Source: Bacillota bacterium (lineage in GTDB: Bacteria > Bacillota > UBA994 > UBA5500). From it: 57,155 nucleotides of DNA. Positions within the stretch are counted from its first letter, which is position 1. Every line of letters starts with the position of its first letter. Below the pieces are notes generated by a model. It was not told the DNA's origin and ran no database searches. It worked only from the letters and a program-made list of their open reading frames with translations. Shown piece by piece: positions 25,758 to 36,044 of the stretch. The DNA lies in contig JAWLDB010000003.1 in assembly GCA_041686915.1 (NCBI GenBank), forward strand, positions 1 to 57,155, given 5' to 3'. Both the position numbers and the translations under genes were made by a program.

Positions 25758-26519
25758 ATGCAGAGCAAAGTCGTAGTTATTACTGGTGGAGGGCAAGGCA
25801 TTGGCCGGGCCACGGCATACGCATTCGCCGATGCTGGAGCGCAGGTGGTCATTGCTGAGATTGACGTGGAAGCAGGAGACGAAGCAATTCGGGAGATTCG
25901 CATGCGCGGAGGCAAGGCCGAGTTCATCCCCATAGACGTGGCTGCCGAACCACAGATTGAACAGTTAGCAAATGATCTATTTGCAAGACATGGCCGCGTG
26001 GATGTACTGGTCAACAATGCCGCGATTAGCAGCAACGCCTCGATTGAACATCGACTAACAGCAGAGTGGGACCATGTGCTAAATGTCAACCTGCGGGCAC
26101 CCTATCTGATGACTAAGTACTTGCTGCCTCTGTTTCGTCAAGCTGGTAAAGCCGCAATCATTAACGTAGCTTCTACTCGGGCCTTCATGTCGGAAGCAAA
26201 CACTGAGCCATATTCGGCGTCGAAAGGAGGGCTGATTGCGCTTACCCATAGCTTGGCCATCAGTCTTGCTCAAGACAGCGTTCGCGTCAATGCCATTTCT
26301 CCTGGATGGATAGATGTAACTGGTTGGCAGAAACTATCGGTGCGCGAACAGGCTGAACTCAGTCACGCTGACCATGCACAGCATCCAGTGGGGCGTGTGG
26401 GCAAGCCGGAGGATGTCGCGCAAGCTTGCCTGTACCTCGCTTCTGAACAGGCAGGTTTCATCACCGGCGTCAATTTGACAGTTGATGGCGGGATGACAGC
26501 CAAGATGATTTACGTGTAA
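25758..26519 (+). CDS. SDR family oxidoreductase
   Basis: TGGGQGIG Rossmann motif, NNAA, catalytic YSASK. Confidence 0.9.
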   Translation: MQSKVVVITGGGQGIGRATAYAFADAGAQVVIAEIDVEAGDEAIREIRMRGGKAEFIPIDVAAEPQIEQLANDLFARHGRVDVLVNNAAISSNASIEHRLTAEWDHVLNVNLRAPYLMTKYLLPLFRQAGKAAIINVASTRAFMSEANTEPYSASKGGLIALTHSLAISLAQDSVRVNAISPGWIDVTGWQKLSVREQAELSHADHAQHPVGRVGKPEDVAQACLYLASEQAGFITGVNLTVDGGMTAKMIYV

Positions 26520-26645
26520 CTGGATTTGACTTATTTCGATTGACTAAGCAGGAGCATACTGGACTGCGTCGAATACCAACGTGTATGTTGTATGCACGAT
26601 TTAGGCAATGAGTTGTTAACTCAGTTAAAAGGGAGGTTTCATCAA

Positions 26646-27818
26646 ATGCCAAGTAAAGAATTACTGTTGATCCCTGGCCCGACTCCGGTAGTGGACGAGA
26701 TTCTCGAGGCTCTGTCCGCTGAGACGTGGTCACATACAGACCCACGTTTTGTCGAAATCCAGAAAGAAAGCCTGCAAATGACCCGTCAGCTGCTGAACAA
26801 TCAGGACGGCGAAGTGCTGTTGGTTGCCGGAACAGGCACCTTAGCCATGGAAATGGCCCTGGTTAATACAGTTGCCCCTGGAGAGCGCATTCTCGTGCTT
26901 AGCCAAGGGTACTTCGGCGACCGCTTTGTGCAACTAGCTGCAGCATTCGGTATAGAGGCAGACGTTATCAAGAGCGAATGGGGTAAACGCGTCTATTCCA
27001 AGGCAGTAGCAGAGCAGCTTGCTCAAAAGCAGTACAAGGCAGTCACTGTCACCCATGTAGATACATCTACTGGTGTGGAAGCTGATTTGGAAACTCTAGT
27101 TCCTCTGGTTAAGCAACATGGCGCTCTATTCATCCTGGATGGCGTTTGCGCTACAGCTGGCGTGGCTGAAGACATGGGCAAGGCGTATGACGATAATCCG
27201 GATTACCACATTGACGTGGTGCTGACAGGTAGCCAGAAAGCTATCGGCGTTCCTCCGGGACTGCTGGTCCTTGGCTTCAGCAAAGAGGCACTAGCAGCCC
27301 GCGATGCAATGGATCGTATCCCCGCTTACTACGGTGACATCAAGAATTGGCTTCCGATCATGCATAACCCTGGCAAGTACTTTGCCACCCCGGCCGTCAA
27401 CATGGTTTACGCGTACCACAAAGCCATGCAGATAATCATGGCTGAAGGCATTGAAAACCGCTTCCGCCGCAATCGCGCTATGGGCAAAGCTATGCGCGCT
27501 GCGCTAGCCGAGTTTGGCATGTCAGCGCTGGCTGTTGAAGAGGTAGCTGCGCCGACTCTCTCCTGCGTGCTCTATCCAGAGGGTGTAGAGGATGCTGCCT
27601 TCCGGGCTGCACTAGGCAAGCGGGGAGTTGTCTTTGCAGGCGCCTTGGCTGCTTTGGCTGGAAAAGCCTTCCGCGTAGGTCATATGGGTAATGTTACGGT
27701 TGATGAGCTGCAAAAAGCGTTGCGCCTCGTGGCAGAAGTGCTGACAGAGCTCGGTCACAAGGTTGACGCTGATGCAGCGGTTGCTGCGTTTGACCGCGTT
27801 TACGCTGAGAATAAGTAA
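26646..27818 (+). CDS. Class V PLP-dependent aminotransferase (serine/alanine-glyoxylate type)
   Basis: LLIPGPTPV N-terminus and PLP-lysine block TGSQKAIGVPPG. ATG 26646 follows GGGAGG. Confidence 0.85.
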   Translation: MPSKELLLIPGPTPVVDEILEALSAETWSHTDPRFVEIQKESLQMTRQLLNNQDGEVLLVAGTGTLAMEMALVNTVAPGERILVLSQGYFGDRFVQLAAAFGIEADVIKSEWGKRVYSKAVAEQLAQKQYKAVTVTHVDTSTGVEADLETLVPLVKQHGALFILDGVCATAGVAEDMGKAYDDNPDYHIDVVLTGSQKAIGVPPGLLVLGFSKEALAARDAMDRIPAYYGDIKNWLPIMHNPGKYFATPAVNMVYAYHKAMQIIMAEGIENRFRRNRAMGKAMRAALAEFGMSALAVEEVAAPTLSCVLYPEGVEDAAFRAALGKRGVVFAGALAALAGKAFRVGHMGNVTVDELQKALRLVAEVLTELGHKVDADAAVAAFDRVYAENK

Positions 27819-27831
27819 CGGAGGCTTACAG

Positions 27832-28710
27832 ATGTTTACAGGCATTTATGCACCGATTGCGACACCGTTTCTTTCAGACGAGATCAACTATGATGCGCTG
27901 AAGCCAAATCTCGAACGCTATTCTCAAACTAGGCTGGCTGGTCTGGTGGTGCTCGGCTCCAACGGTGAGTTTGCGTTGATGGACATGGATGAGAAGATGG
28001 CACTGATTGAGTTCGTCCGCCAGCATACTGACGCAAACAAACGCATCATCGCCGGGACCGGCTGTGAATCTACTAAAGACACTATCCGTCTTTCCCGCTA
28101 TGCAGCCACCGTAGGTGCGGACGCTGCTCTGGTCTTGACTCCAAATTATTACAAAGGCAGCATGACCGACGCTGCGCTAGAACGCTTCTTCCTAGACGTA
28201 GCAGAAGCATCACCAATCCCGGTGATGCTGTACAACATGCCGCGCAACACCGGCATCAACATGTCAGCTGCGCTGGTGGCTAAGCTGGCGAAACATGAGA
28301 ACATTGTTGGCGTGAAGGACAGTGGTGGCAATATTGTGCAAATCGCAGAAATCGTTGCCAGCACTCCGGACGACTTCTCTGTCTTTGCCGGATCCGGCAG
28401 TTTCCTCTATGCAACCCTCGCTCTCGGCGGAGTAGGTGGCACGCTTGCCGTGGCTAACATCATGCCGGAAGAATGTGTGCAACTGTTTGATGCAGTGAAA
28501 GCAGGGCAAAATGACAAAGCTGTAGCACTGCAGCAACTGCTGCTGGCGCCAAATGCTGCTGTCACCTCCCGTTGGGGCATCAGTGGCCTGAAAGCTGCGA
28601 TGGAACTGCTTGGGTATAACGGCGGAGAAACCAGGCGTCCGCTGTTACCACTCGATGAGCGTAATCTGCCAGAGCTCAAACAGATCCTTCAGACTGCTGG
28701 AGCACTCTAG
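27832..28710 (+). CDS. DapA/HpaI-type class I aldolase (dihydrodipicolinate synthase family)
   Basis: GSNGEF, Schiff-base lysine context VGVKDSGG, 292 aa. ATG 27832 follows ACGGAGG. Confidence 0.85.
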   Translation: MFTGIYAPIATPFLSDEINYDALKPNLERYSQTRLAGLVVLGSNGEFALMDMDEKMALIEFVRQHTDANKRIIAGTGCESTKDTIRLSRYAATVGADAALVLTPNYYKGSMTDAALERFFLDVAEASPIPVMLYNMPRNTGINMSAALVAKLAKHENIVGVKDSGGNIVQIAEIVASTPDDFSVFAGSGSFLYATLALGGVGGTLAVANIMPEECVQLFDAVKAGQNDKAVALQQLLLAPNAAVTSRWGISGLKAAMELLGYNGGETRRPLLPLDERNLPELKQILQTAGAL

Positions 28711-28727
28711 ACTAACTTAAAAAAATA

Positions 28728-28755
28728 CAGGGACCGCAATGCGGTCCCTGTTTTA
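28728..28755. terminator. Bidirectional terminator hairpin
   Basis: CAGGGACCGC-aat-GCGGTCCCTG flanked by an A-run and TTTT. Confidence 0.85.
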
Positions 28756-28762
28756 CTTTGAT

Positions 28763-29143
28763 TTACCGAACGATACCGTCCACCGGCGATTTATCTTTGC
28801 TGCTCCGGATACTAACCACCAGGCGATGGGGCAGGCAGACTAAAGACTCATGTGGAGCGGATATCCACCCTTGGCGGACATCTACCTGCTCAGGGCAATT
28901 TGCTTCCAACACGCGGATTCGGCCACGCTCAACTTCAATGATATTAAAACCGCCTTGGCCATCGTCCACCCTAAACTGAAACGGCTCTTCCACAGCGGTA
29001 AGATTGATCTCCCTGATTACTTTGCCGTCCTGCGATACCACGGCCGTCAAATTATCCCGGCTGAGCTGTGTAATATAAAGCCAGCTGCCCGCGAGAGCTA
29101 CTAGCAGTACCAAAGCCAAAACCAAATCGCCACGCTTTTTCAT
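28763..29143 (-). CDS. NusG domain II-containing membrane-anchored protein (DUF1312-like)
   Basis: N-terminal TM, then ...IEVERGRIRVLEANCPEQVDVRQGWIS...LVCLPHRLVVSI, as in the NusG_II family (recalled from memory). Confidence 0.6.
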   Translation of the reverse strand: MKKRGDLVLALVLLVALAGSWLYITQLSRDNLTAVVSQDGKVIREINLTAVEEPFQFRVDDGQGGFNIIEVERGRIRVLEANCPEQVDVRQGWISAPHESLVCLPHRLVVSIRSSKDKSPVDGIVR

Positions 29144-29216
29144 CTTGTCATACCTTCTTTCAGTTAGCGGGTGTCATTTTAGTATAACACAAGCCCCGCA
29201 TATATGACCTGAGAAA

Positions 29217-29248
29217 CACAAAACGGGGGTCCACGTGGGACCCCCGTT
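29217..29248 (-). terminator. Intrinsic terminator of the ior operon
   Basis: AACGGGGGTCC-acgtg-GGACCCCCGTT with the T-run on the minus strand. Confidence 0.8.
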
Positions 29249-29259
29249 GATACTTTGAA

Positions 29260-29835
29260 CTAGGCCTGGTATCCAGCCTCAAAAGCTTTGAGGTTCAGGT
29301 CCAGGAAGCGGGCCGGTACGGTTTTTTCCAAAGCAGTCAGCCATTGCTGCTTGGCAATCTTCATGCCCTTGGCCAAGGCACCGAGCAGGACTACGTTAAC
29401 TGCACGAGTGTTACCCAGGTCGCGCGCGATACTTAGTGCATCAAGTACGACAACGTTCTTGGCAGAAGACTGCACTTTCTCCAGCACATCTCCAGGGTAT
29501 TGCGCAGCCCCGGTGATGACGGACATCGGATTGATCTTCTGGCTGTTTACTACTGCAGTGCCTTCCTCAGTGAGGAAGTGCAGGTAGCGCAGAGCCTCCA
29601 GTTGCTCAAAGGCGATGATATAGTCAGCCTGGCCAGGCTCGATCAGGGGAGAGTAGACCTTCTGGCCCATGCGTACCTGGGTCACAACGCTACCGCCGCG
29701 CTGGGCCATGCCGTGAATTTCAGTCATCTTTACGTCGTAGCCCTCCATCTGAGCTACTTCAGCGAGAATCTTACTGGCCAGGATAGTTCCCTGACCGCCA
29801 ACGCCAACCAGCAGAATGTTCAAGTTATTGCTCAT
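29260..29835 (-). CDS. iorB: Indolepyruvate:ferredoxin oxidoreductase, beta subunit
   Basis: 191 aa, VGGQGTILASKIL motif. Start overlaps the iorA stop by 1 nt. Confidence 0.85.
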   Translation of the reverse strand: MSNNLNILLVGVGGQGTILASKILAEVAQMEGYDVKMTEIHGMAQRGGSVVTQVRMGQKVYSPLIEPGQADYIIAFEQLEALRYLHFLTEEGTAVVNSQKINPMSVITGAAQYPGDVLEKVQSSAKNVVVLDALSIARDLGNTRAVNVVLLGALAKGMKIAKQQWLTALEKTVPARFLDLNLKAFEAGYQA

Positions 29836-31571
29836 TATTGAACCCCCTCCGGAACCATGGCATCGAACTTACAGACCTGGACGCAAAGGCCGCAACCTAC
29901 GCAAAGAGCCGGGTCAATCGTGCTCTTCTTATCGGCGTGGCTGATGGCCGGGCAGCCTAAACGCATACACATGCGGCACCCTACGCACTTGTCGTGCTTC
30001 ACGGTGATGCGTGGCTTATCTTGCTTGACGATCAGTGCACAAGGCATCTTGGTGATGATGACAGAAGGCTCGCGCACTGCGGTCTCTTCCTTAATGGCTT
30101 CATCCAATGCCTTCAGATCGCCTGGGTCAATTACACGGACGCGCTTGACGCCGACCGCGCGGCAGAGGCCCTCAATGTCAACTTGCGGAGCCGGGTCGCC
30201 CTGCAGTGTCTGGCCGGTACCAGGATGGTGCTGGTGCCCGGTCATAGCGGTGATGCTGTTGTCCAGGATCATAGTGGTAGTTGTGCCACGGTTGTAAACC
30301 GTATCAATCAAACCAGTGATACCGGAATGCATGAAGGTGGAATCGCCGATGACTGCAACCAGCTTGTCAGCGAGTTCGGGATGCGCCTTCTCCATGCCGA
30401 GGGCGGATGGAATGCTGGCACCCATACAGATGGTTGTGTCCATGGACTCAAGCGGAGCCAAAGCACCTAGGGTGTAGCAACCGATGTCACCGGTAACAAC
30501 TTTGCGGTTCATGCGCAACGCATAGAAGACGCCACGATGCGGACAACCCGGGCAGAGCACAGGAGGACGCATAGCGACAGCTGTAGCTTCTCTGGTTACT
30601 GCAGATGCTTCACCGATGATGGCAGCACGAATCATGCTCGGGGTCAGCTCGCCAATGTTGGTGAGCTGTTCTTTTCCACCATGCACGTTAATGCCGGCAG
30701 CGCGAATCTGCTCTTCCATGAATGGTTCCAGTTCTTCAACCACCCAAAGCTGTTCAACTTCCTTGGCGAAAACTGCAATTTTCTTAAGAGGTAGCGGGTT
30801 GGTGTAACCGAGCTTCAGTATAGAAGCGTTCGGCAAAGCCTCTTTCACATATTGATAAATTATACCGCTGGTGATAATGCCGATCTTCTTATCGGCCCAC
30901 TCAATGCGGTTGAGCTCGGTTTCTTCACTGAAGTCAGCCATGGCCTTCAGCCTCTCCTCGACAACGAGGTGCCTAGCGCGGGCATGAGCGGGGATGGCTA
31001 CAAACTTCGCTGCATCTTTCTTATATGCCTTGGGAGTGCGATCCATAGGCTCGAGCAGATCAACCAAAGTCTTGGAGTGAGAAATGCGGGTAGTAGTACG
31101 CAGCAGCACAGGAACATCAAACCGCTCGCTGATGTCCAAAGCAGCGCCAACCATATCCTTGGCTTCCTGGCTATCGGCCGGTTCGAGCAGGCCTATTTTG
31201 GCAAAACGGGCATACAGGCGATTGTCCTGTTCGTTCTGCGAGCTATGCATGCCTGGGTCATCTGCAGAAATTAGCACTAGGCCCCCATTAACTCCAGTGT
31301 AGGAGAAAGTAAAGAGGGGGTCAGCTGCCACGTTGACACCGACGTGCTTCATTGCGCAAAGAGTGCGCGCTCCGCCGATGGCAGCGCCGACTGCTGCTTC
31401 CAATGCTACCTTTTCGTTAGGTGACCATTGGGCTTTGATCTCTTTGTAATTAGCCACGTTTTCCAGGATCTCGGTGCTGGGAGTACCAGGGTAAGCTGTG
31501 GCTACCAGTACCCCGTATTCATAGGCACCGCGGGCAATAGCCTCGTTGCCTGTGAGTAGAGCTTTGCTCAT
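29835..31571 (-). CDS. iorA: Indolepyruvate:ferredoxin oxidoreductase, alpha subunit
   Basis: 578 aa. TPP-binding GDSTFMHSG and two C-terminal CxxCxxCxxxC ferredoxin motifs (CVGCRMCMRLGCP, CVGCGLCVQVC). Confidence 0.9.
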   Translation of the reverse strand: MSKALLTGNEAIARGAYEYGVLVATAYPGTPSTEILENVANYKEIKAQWSPNEKVALEAAVGAAIGGARTLCAMKHVGVNVAADPLFTFSYTGVNGGLVLISADDPGMHSSQNEQDNRLYARFAKIGLLEPADSQEAKDMVGAALDISERFDVPVLLRTTTRISHSKTLVDLLEPMDRTPKAYKKDAAKFVAIPAHARARHLVVEERLKAMADFSEETELNRIEWADKKIGIITSGIIYQYVKEALPNASILKLGYTNPLPLKKIAVFAKEVEQLWVVEELEPFMEEQIRAAGINVHGGKEQLTNIGELTPSMIRAAIIGEASAVTREATAVAMRPPVLCPGCPHRGVFYALRMNRKVVTGDIGCYTLGALAPLESMDTTICMGASIPSALGMEKAHPELADKLVAVIGDSTFMHSGITGLIDTVYNRGTTTTMILDNSITAMTGHQHHPGTGQTLQGDPAPQVDIEGLCRAVGVKRVRVIDPGDLKALDEAIKEETAVREPSVIITKMPCALIVKQDKPRITVKHDKCVGCRMCMRLGCPAISHADKKSTIDPALCVGCGLCVQVCKFDAMVPEGVQ

Positions 31572-31665
31572 GGCTCATCCTCCATTTCTTGTTTGGTTTG
31601 ACTGACGTAACCGTACACATTATACCATAGCAATTTGATTCAGGTTATAGTATTGGAAAGTATGT

Positions 31666-31699
31666 AAAGAAAACCCGGCAGACCTCATGGTCTGCCGGG
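31666..31699 (-). terminator. Intrinsic terminator of the carboxypeptidase gene
   Basis: CCCGGCAGACC-tcat-GGTCTGCCGGG with the T-run on the minus strand. Confidence 0.8.
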
Positions 31700-31735
31700 A
31701 GGACGTTGCCAATACGCTCAGAGCTTCCCAGGGGA

Positions 31736-33409
31736 TCACCGTGCCGTCCCAAAGAGCGTGCTAACGTCAGGAGGCGCTGGCATGTCATCCAGCCCCTCAA
31801 TTATGCCGTGTGCAACTTGGAAGCTAAGTAACAGCTCTTGGGGTTGGCGCTGTCTGATCTTGATGTCTGGCTGGCTGACAAGCACCAACTGGTATGCCCC
31901 GTCACGTGCAAGTGGGATGGTCACATTATGCTTTGCTTGGCTGACTGCAGTCCAGGTGCTGCTGAACACCCGCGTATTTCCCATAAAGAGCGTAAGGCGC
32001 AGATTGCAGCCAATTAAGCCGGAATTACCTACTTCAAGCCTAAGTTTTTGGTTCGCCAAGCGAATGTTGGCCATATAGGGATCCGGCAACGCAGACAGCA
32101 GGTAGGGCGCAATCTGCTGCCAACGCTCAGCATGCTGCTTTATCTCCCGTGGCGGAGGATTAAATTGCTGAGCAGACGAGCCATAAGCTATGTAGTAGTT
32201 CGTGGGCCACAGCCGCCTCACGCCACTATAGTAGGGTCCGCGGTAGACTTCAGGCACAAGTGTGAGGATACCCTGGTCATACAACCAATCTTTGATAGTG
32301 CCATATGCCAGATATAGACCCTGGCTTGCCACAGTATGCTGAGATTTAGTCAACTGGCTACTTTTGCGGGCCAAGAGGTCCAGTATATGATATTCGGGTG
32401 GCAGCTCATCCCGAGTCTTGCTCCAAGGCATCAGGATGACGTCCGCTCCTGAGTGGTACTCAGCAGCAGCGAAAATGTTCGGGTGCGCCAACACAAAGTC
32501 TCTGATTGCAGCGGCTTCAGGCTCGCTAAAAGGTTTGCTGCCTCTATATGTCAGAGATTTGGGGTCGGAGATGCCCTGCTCCCACTCGAGGTCCCAATTG
32601 CGGTTTAGGTCTACGCCTACTAAATCATCTTCATTGACCTTGCCGTCGCCGTCGTTATCCAACTGCTTTATCGCAGTACCGCGCTCATTAACATATCCGA
32701 GCGTCCAGTAGCCTCTGGCATGCTTGTATTTGCCGTTCTCATCGCGCTCGCTCCAGTTATCCGAAAAGACGTTGCCAGCAGTCTGGCTGATCCACTCATC
32801 GGTGAACTTGACTATATGCCTGCCGAATGTTCCTGCCCCCGCTGCATCACGGCTATCCTCACTAAACTCCCCATCACTGTCCAGGTCTGCTGTACGGGCA
32901 TTTCCACGGTGAGTAGAGTCGCTGGTCAGGAAGATGTCATTCCCATCAGGATTGGCTTGAGGAACATAATAGATCGTACGGCTGCTTAGCAGGTGCTTGA
33001 CCACGGGATTCGAAACATATTCTCGCAGCAAAGCTTCCATGGAATAGAGGGCAACCTGGTTGGCAATAGCCTCCCGGCCATGCTGTTGGGCAATCACCAG
33101 TAGTGCCGGACGGGAGTCTGCTGGCTGTGTTCCCGGGGCAGCAATGCTCACCCCAAGCAACGGTTTACCTTGCAGGGTCGTGCCAATTTCATGCACGGTT
33201 ATCAGCTCTGGGTATTTGCTAGCCAGTGCCTGGACCCTATCAGAGAGTTGGGCGGCAGTTGGGTAGAAGGAATAGGGTTCGTCCCCTGAGCCCCGTCCCC
33301 ACGTGCTAATCCCGGTACGCATAACCAAGAAGTATGCAGCTATCAAGCCTGCAAGCAGGATTAGCATTACCAGCCTAGCCATGCGGGAAAACCGCTTGAG
33401 TCTGCTCAT
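31736..33409 (-). CDS. M14 family zinc carboxypeptidase, membrane anchored
   Basis: N-terminal TM, zinc site QQHGREAI (HxxE), DLNRNW block, internal DNDGDGKVNEDD Ca-binding-like insert. ATG 33409 lies 6 nt after GGGGGG (alternative start 33415). Confidence 0.8.
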   Translation of the reverse strand: MSRLKRFSRMARLVMLILLAGLIAAYFLVMRTGISTWGRGSGDEPYSFYPTAAQLSDRVQALASKYPELITVHEIGTTLQGKPLLGVSIAAPGTQPADSRPALLVIAQQHGREAIANQVALYSMEALLREYVSNPVVKHLLSSRTIYYVPQANPDGNDIFLTSDSTHRGNARTADLDSDGEFSEDSRDAAGAGTFGRHIVKFTDEWISQTAGNVFSDNWSERDENGKYKHARGYWTLGYVNERGTAIKQLDNDGDGKVNEDDLVGVDLNRNWDLEWEQGISDPKSLTYRGSKPFSEPEAAAIRDFVLAHPNIFAAAEYHSGADVILMPWSKTRDELPPEYHILDLLARKSSQLTKSQHTVASQGLYLAYGTIKDWLYDQGILTLVPEVYRGPYYSGVRRLWPTNYYIAYGSSAQQFNPPPREIKQHAERWQQIAPYLLSALPDPYMANIRLANQKLRLEVGNSGLIGCNLRLTLFMGNTRVFSSTWTAVSQAKHNVTIPLARDGAYQLVLVSQPDIKIRQRQPQELLLSFQVAHGIIEGLDDMPAPPDVSTLFGTAR

Positions 33410-33630
33410 CTCCATCCCCCCTTGCTATAAAGTGTTAGGCGTCATGAACGGGCTTTCCTGTATACAGACTGCTGACTTTCATACTAATCTATGACAAAAG
33501 TAACAAATTGCATGACCTGGAGCGAAACCATCATGACGAAAGTCGAAACTGCTTACAACCATTATATGTAAAACGTTATACTACGGTATTGCATATACTG
33601 ATATAACAGACTGAGGAAAGGGGGTTTACC

Positions 33631-34380
33631 ATGAGAGTAATGTTCGATGTTGGACATGGCGGAGGAGATAGTGGCGCTGTAGGCAATGGCTTGGTGGAAA
33701 AGGAGCTCAATCTGTATACTGCCAGGCGAGCGCAAGATCTACTGAGAGCGAAAGCCCGCGCTGCCGGCATATCAATGCAGGTGGCACTTAGTCGCGAATC
33801 AGATGTCTCCTTGTCGAGGTCTGCACGCCTGCGGCGGATCGCCAGCTTCAACCCGCATATCTGTATCTCCATTCACTATAACTCTGCGAGCACCAATTTA
33901 GCCCGTGGGACAGAAGTGTACCACTCTGCTAATAATCACCGCGATGACGCATTAGCCAAGTTTATGATAGAGCGATTGGCAGCAACTGGCATGCCTTCCC
34001 GAGGGACTAAGACGCGCATATTGCGGAGTGGAGCCGACTACTACTATATAATACGGGACGTAATGGATGAGGATACAGTCGCTGTGCTCTACGAGGGAGC
34101 CTTCGTCAGCAGCCCCGAAGATGCCGATATGATCAAATCAGGCTGGATGGATCAGGCGGCTGAGGCTATTGCGCAAGCAGTAATGCAATTCATCGCTGAA
34201 GGCAAATGGCCCGAAGAGCCACGCGAGGTCGAAGGTCCGCGCTTGCTAATCGAGGGCTATGAGCTTCCACTGCAGATCATCGACGGCAGGTCATACGCAC
34301 CCGTGCGTCAGCTGCTGGAGTCGCTTGGCTATACTGTCACCTGGGATGGCGAGACCGATACAGTAACTGCACATAAATAG
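33631..34380 (+). CDS. N-acetylmuramoyl-L-alanine amidase (Amidase_3) with a C-terminal copper-amine-oxidase-N-like stalk domain
   Basis: FDVGHGGGDSGAVG, ISIHYNS and YEGAFVSS blocks. C-terminal DGRSYAPVRQLLESLGYTVTWD. Confidence 0.85.
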   Translation: MRVMFDVGHGGGDSGAVGNGLVEKELNLYTARRAQDLLRAKARAAGISMQVALSRESDVSLSRSARLRRIASFNPHICISIHYNSASTNLARGTEVYHSANNHRDDALAKFMIERLAATGMPSRGTKTRILRSGADYYYIIRDVMDEDTVAVLYEGAFVSSPEDADMIKSGWMDQAAEAIAQAVMQFIAEGKWPEEPREVEGPRLLIEGYELPLQIIDGRSYAPVRQLLESLGYTVTWDGETDTVTAHK

Positions 34381-34388
34381 GCAAAGAG

Positions 34389-34412
34389 AAACCGCGCTGA
34401 TGCGCGGTTTTT
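34389..34412 (+). terminator. Intrinsic terminator
   Basis: AACCGCGC-tgat-GCGCGGTT followed by TTTT. Confidence 0.8.
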
Positions 34413-34504
34413 GTTCGTTCTAGAAATAACTACTGAAACTTGCTTGACTAGAAGCTATAGGTGAGTAGATAATATATATGACGCATGCATATAGCGAGGT
34501 GAAA

Positions 34505-34903
34505 ATGATGGTGAAGCAGGGAAAGGGCCCCGGTCATTGCCGCTGCATCAATACTAAGATGGAACGCTTTCTTGAGCCATGTCTGCTAGTATTGTTGGCT
34601 GAACAGCCCTCTTATGGCTACCAGCTGATGGAGCAGCTTGCCGAAAGCAGTATGGCAGAAGAAGCCCCCGATGCCGGCCTTGTCTACCGAACCTTGAGAA
34701 GGTTGGAGGAAGCTGGCGTCATAGAGTCCACCTGGGACACAGGAGGCGCTGGACCAGCTCGCAGGCAGTATACACTGACTGACGGAGGTCGCGACTATTT
34801 GGCTGCATGGGAAGTCAACGTTCAGAGGACAATTGCCAAGCTACAGGGCTTCCTAAATCGCTATGACAAGGTTAAACAAGCCTTTCAAACAGAGAGAGAA
34901 TAG
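34505..34903 (+). CDS. PadR-family transcriptional regulator
   Basis: LEPCLLVLLAEQPSYGYQLMEQL...GLVYRTLRRLEEAGVIES wHTH. GAGGTG SD. TTGACT -35 at 34444. Confidence 0.85.
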   Translation: MMVKQGKGPGHCRCINTKMERFLEPCLLVLLAEQPSYGYQLMEQLAESSMAEEAPDAGLVYRTLRRLEEAGVIESTWDTGGAGPARRQYTLTDGGRDYLAAWEVNVQRTIAKLQGFLNRYDKVKQAFQTERE

Positions 34904-34933
34904 GCTATATCAAACTGGAAGGAGCAGCTAAAG

Positions 34934-35413
34934 ATGTTTTCAATAATCATGTACCTATTGGCGGCCGTAGGCCTCGTTGCTTCCGCCATCGCTGATCGCA
35001 AAAAAACCAAACAAGCATTGGTGAAGGCTTGGAAGTCTTTCAGCAATCTATTACCCGATTTCTCCGGAGTGCTTGCCCTAGTTGGCCTGGTGCTGACCAT
35101 CTTGTCTCCTGAGGTGATTTCATCCGTAATTGGTGGCAGGTCGGGCGTGTTGGGTATGGTTATAGCATCAATCGTTGGAGCAATCACCCTCATACCTGGC
35201 TTTGTGTCATTCCCCCTGGCTGCTTCACTTCTTGAGCGCGGGGCCGGTGTTATGCAGGTGGCAGTATTCGTTTCCACGCTAATGATGGTTGGCTTTGTTA
35301 CTATGCCGCTTGAACGCAAGCACTTTGGAGCGAAAGCAGCATACCTGCGTAACGGACTGAGCTATGTCTACTCTTTCCTGGTAGCTTTCCTTTTGGGGGT
35401 GGTGGTCAGATGA
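34934..35413 (+). CDS. Permease subunit (split DUF318/ArsP-like permease, part 1)
   Basis: 159-aa, four-helix hydrophobic protein. AAGGAG SD. ATGA overlap with the next gene. Confidence 0.55.
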   Translation: MFSIIMYLLAAVGLVASAIADRKKTKQALVKAWKSFSNLLPDFSGVLALVGLVLTILSPEVISSVIGGRSGVLGMVIASIVGAITLIPGFVSFPLAASLLERGAGVMQVAVFVSTLMMVGFVTMPLERKHFGAKAAYLRNGLSYVYSFLVAFLLGVVVR

Positions 35414-35940
35414 AGCTTATGAAGCGTTATTGGTTGTTCATCGCTATTGTCTTGATTGATATCGCGATCCTAATCTGGCAGCCGGCTATCGGGCAGAAAA
35501 TCACCAATTACACCGTGTCCAACTTCCGCGAGATGCTGTTTGTCATTCCACCTATATTCATCCTGCTAGGTTTAATGGATGTATGGGTGCCAAGACAGCT
35601 GATGATTAAACTGATGGGTGAAGGATCGGGTATTAGGGGAACCCTTATCAGCATAGGCTTGGGAGCTGCCTCCGCCGGTCCGCTATATGGAGCGTTTCCG
35701 GTGGCTGTCGTGATGATGCAGAAAGGCGCATCCATGCGCAATGTTTTTACCTTTTTGAGCGCATGGGCGACACTTAAGATACCTATGTTTTTGTTTGAGA
35801 CCGCCGCTCTCGGGCCAGTTTGGAGCATGACGCGCTGGGCTGCCAGCGTTGTCGGAACCGTTGCAATTGCAGCCGTTATGGACAGGATGATTAGCGGGGC
35901 AGAGCGCAAGCTTATGCTGGAAAGCCTGCCGCATGACTAG
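35410..35940 (+). CDS. Permease subunit (split permease, part 2)
   Basis: 176-aa hydrophobic protein, translationally coupled to the preceding ORF. Confidence 0.55.
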   Translation: MKLMKRYWLFIAIVLIDIAILIWQPAIGQKITNYTVSNFREMLFVIPPIFILLGLMDVWVPRQLMIKLMGEGSGIRGTLISIGLGAASAGPLYGAFPVAVVMMQKGASMRNVFTFLSAWATLKIPMFLFETAALGPVWSMTRWAASVVGTVAIAAVMDRMISGAERKLMLESLPHD

Positions 35941-35945
35941 GCCAC

Positions 35946-35970
35946 AGAGCCACCCGATGGTGGCTCTTTT
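35946..35970 (+). terminator. Intrinsic terminator
   Basis: AGAGCCACC-cgat-GGTGGCTCT followed by TTT. Confidence 0.8.
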
Positions 35971-36044
35971 GGCGCGTTCGCGTACTGTTGACGGTAGTGC
36001 AACCTGACCGTATTATCGGTATAGAGAAATGACGGAGGTGCACT

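Noticed and set aside
25691-26089. 132-aa minus-strand ORF
   Set aside because: It is antisense to the SDR gene, and its 5' end would overlap the SDR gene's ribosome-binding site and start codon.
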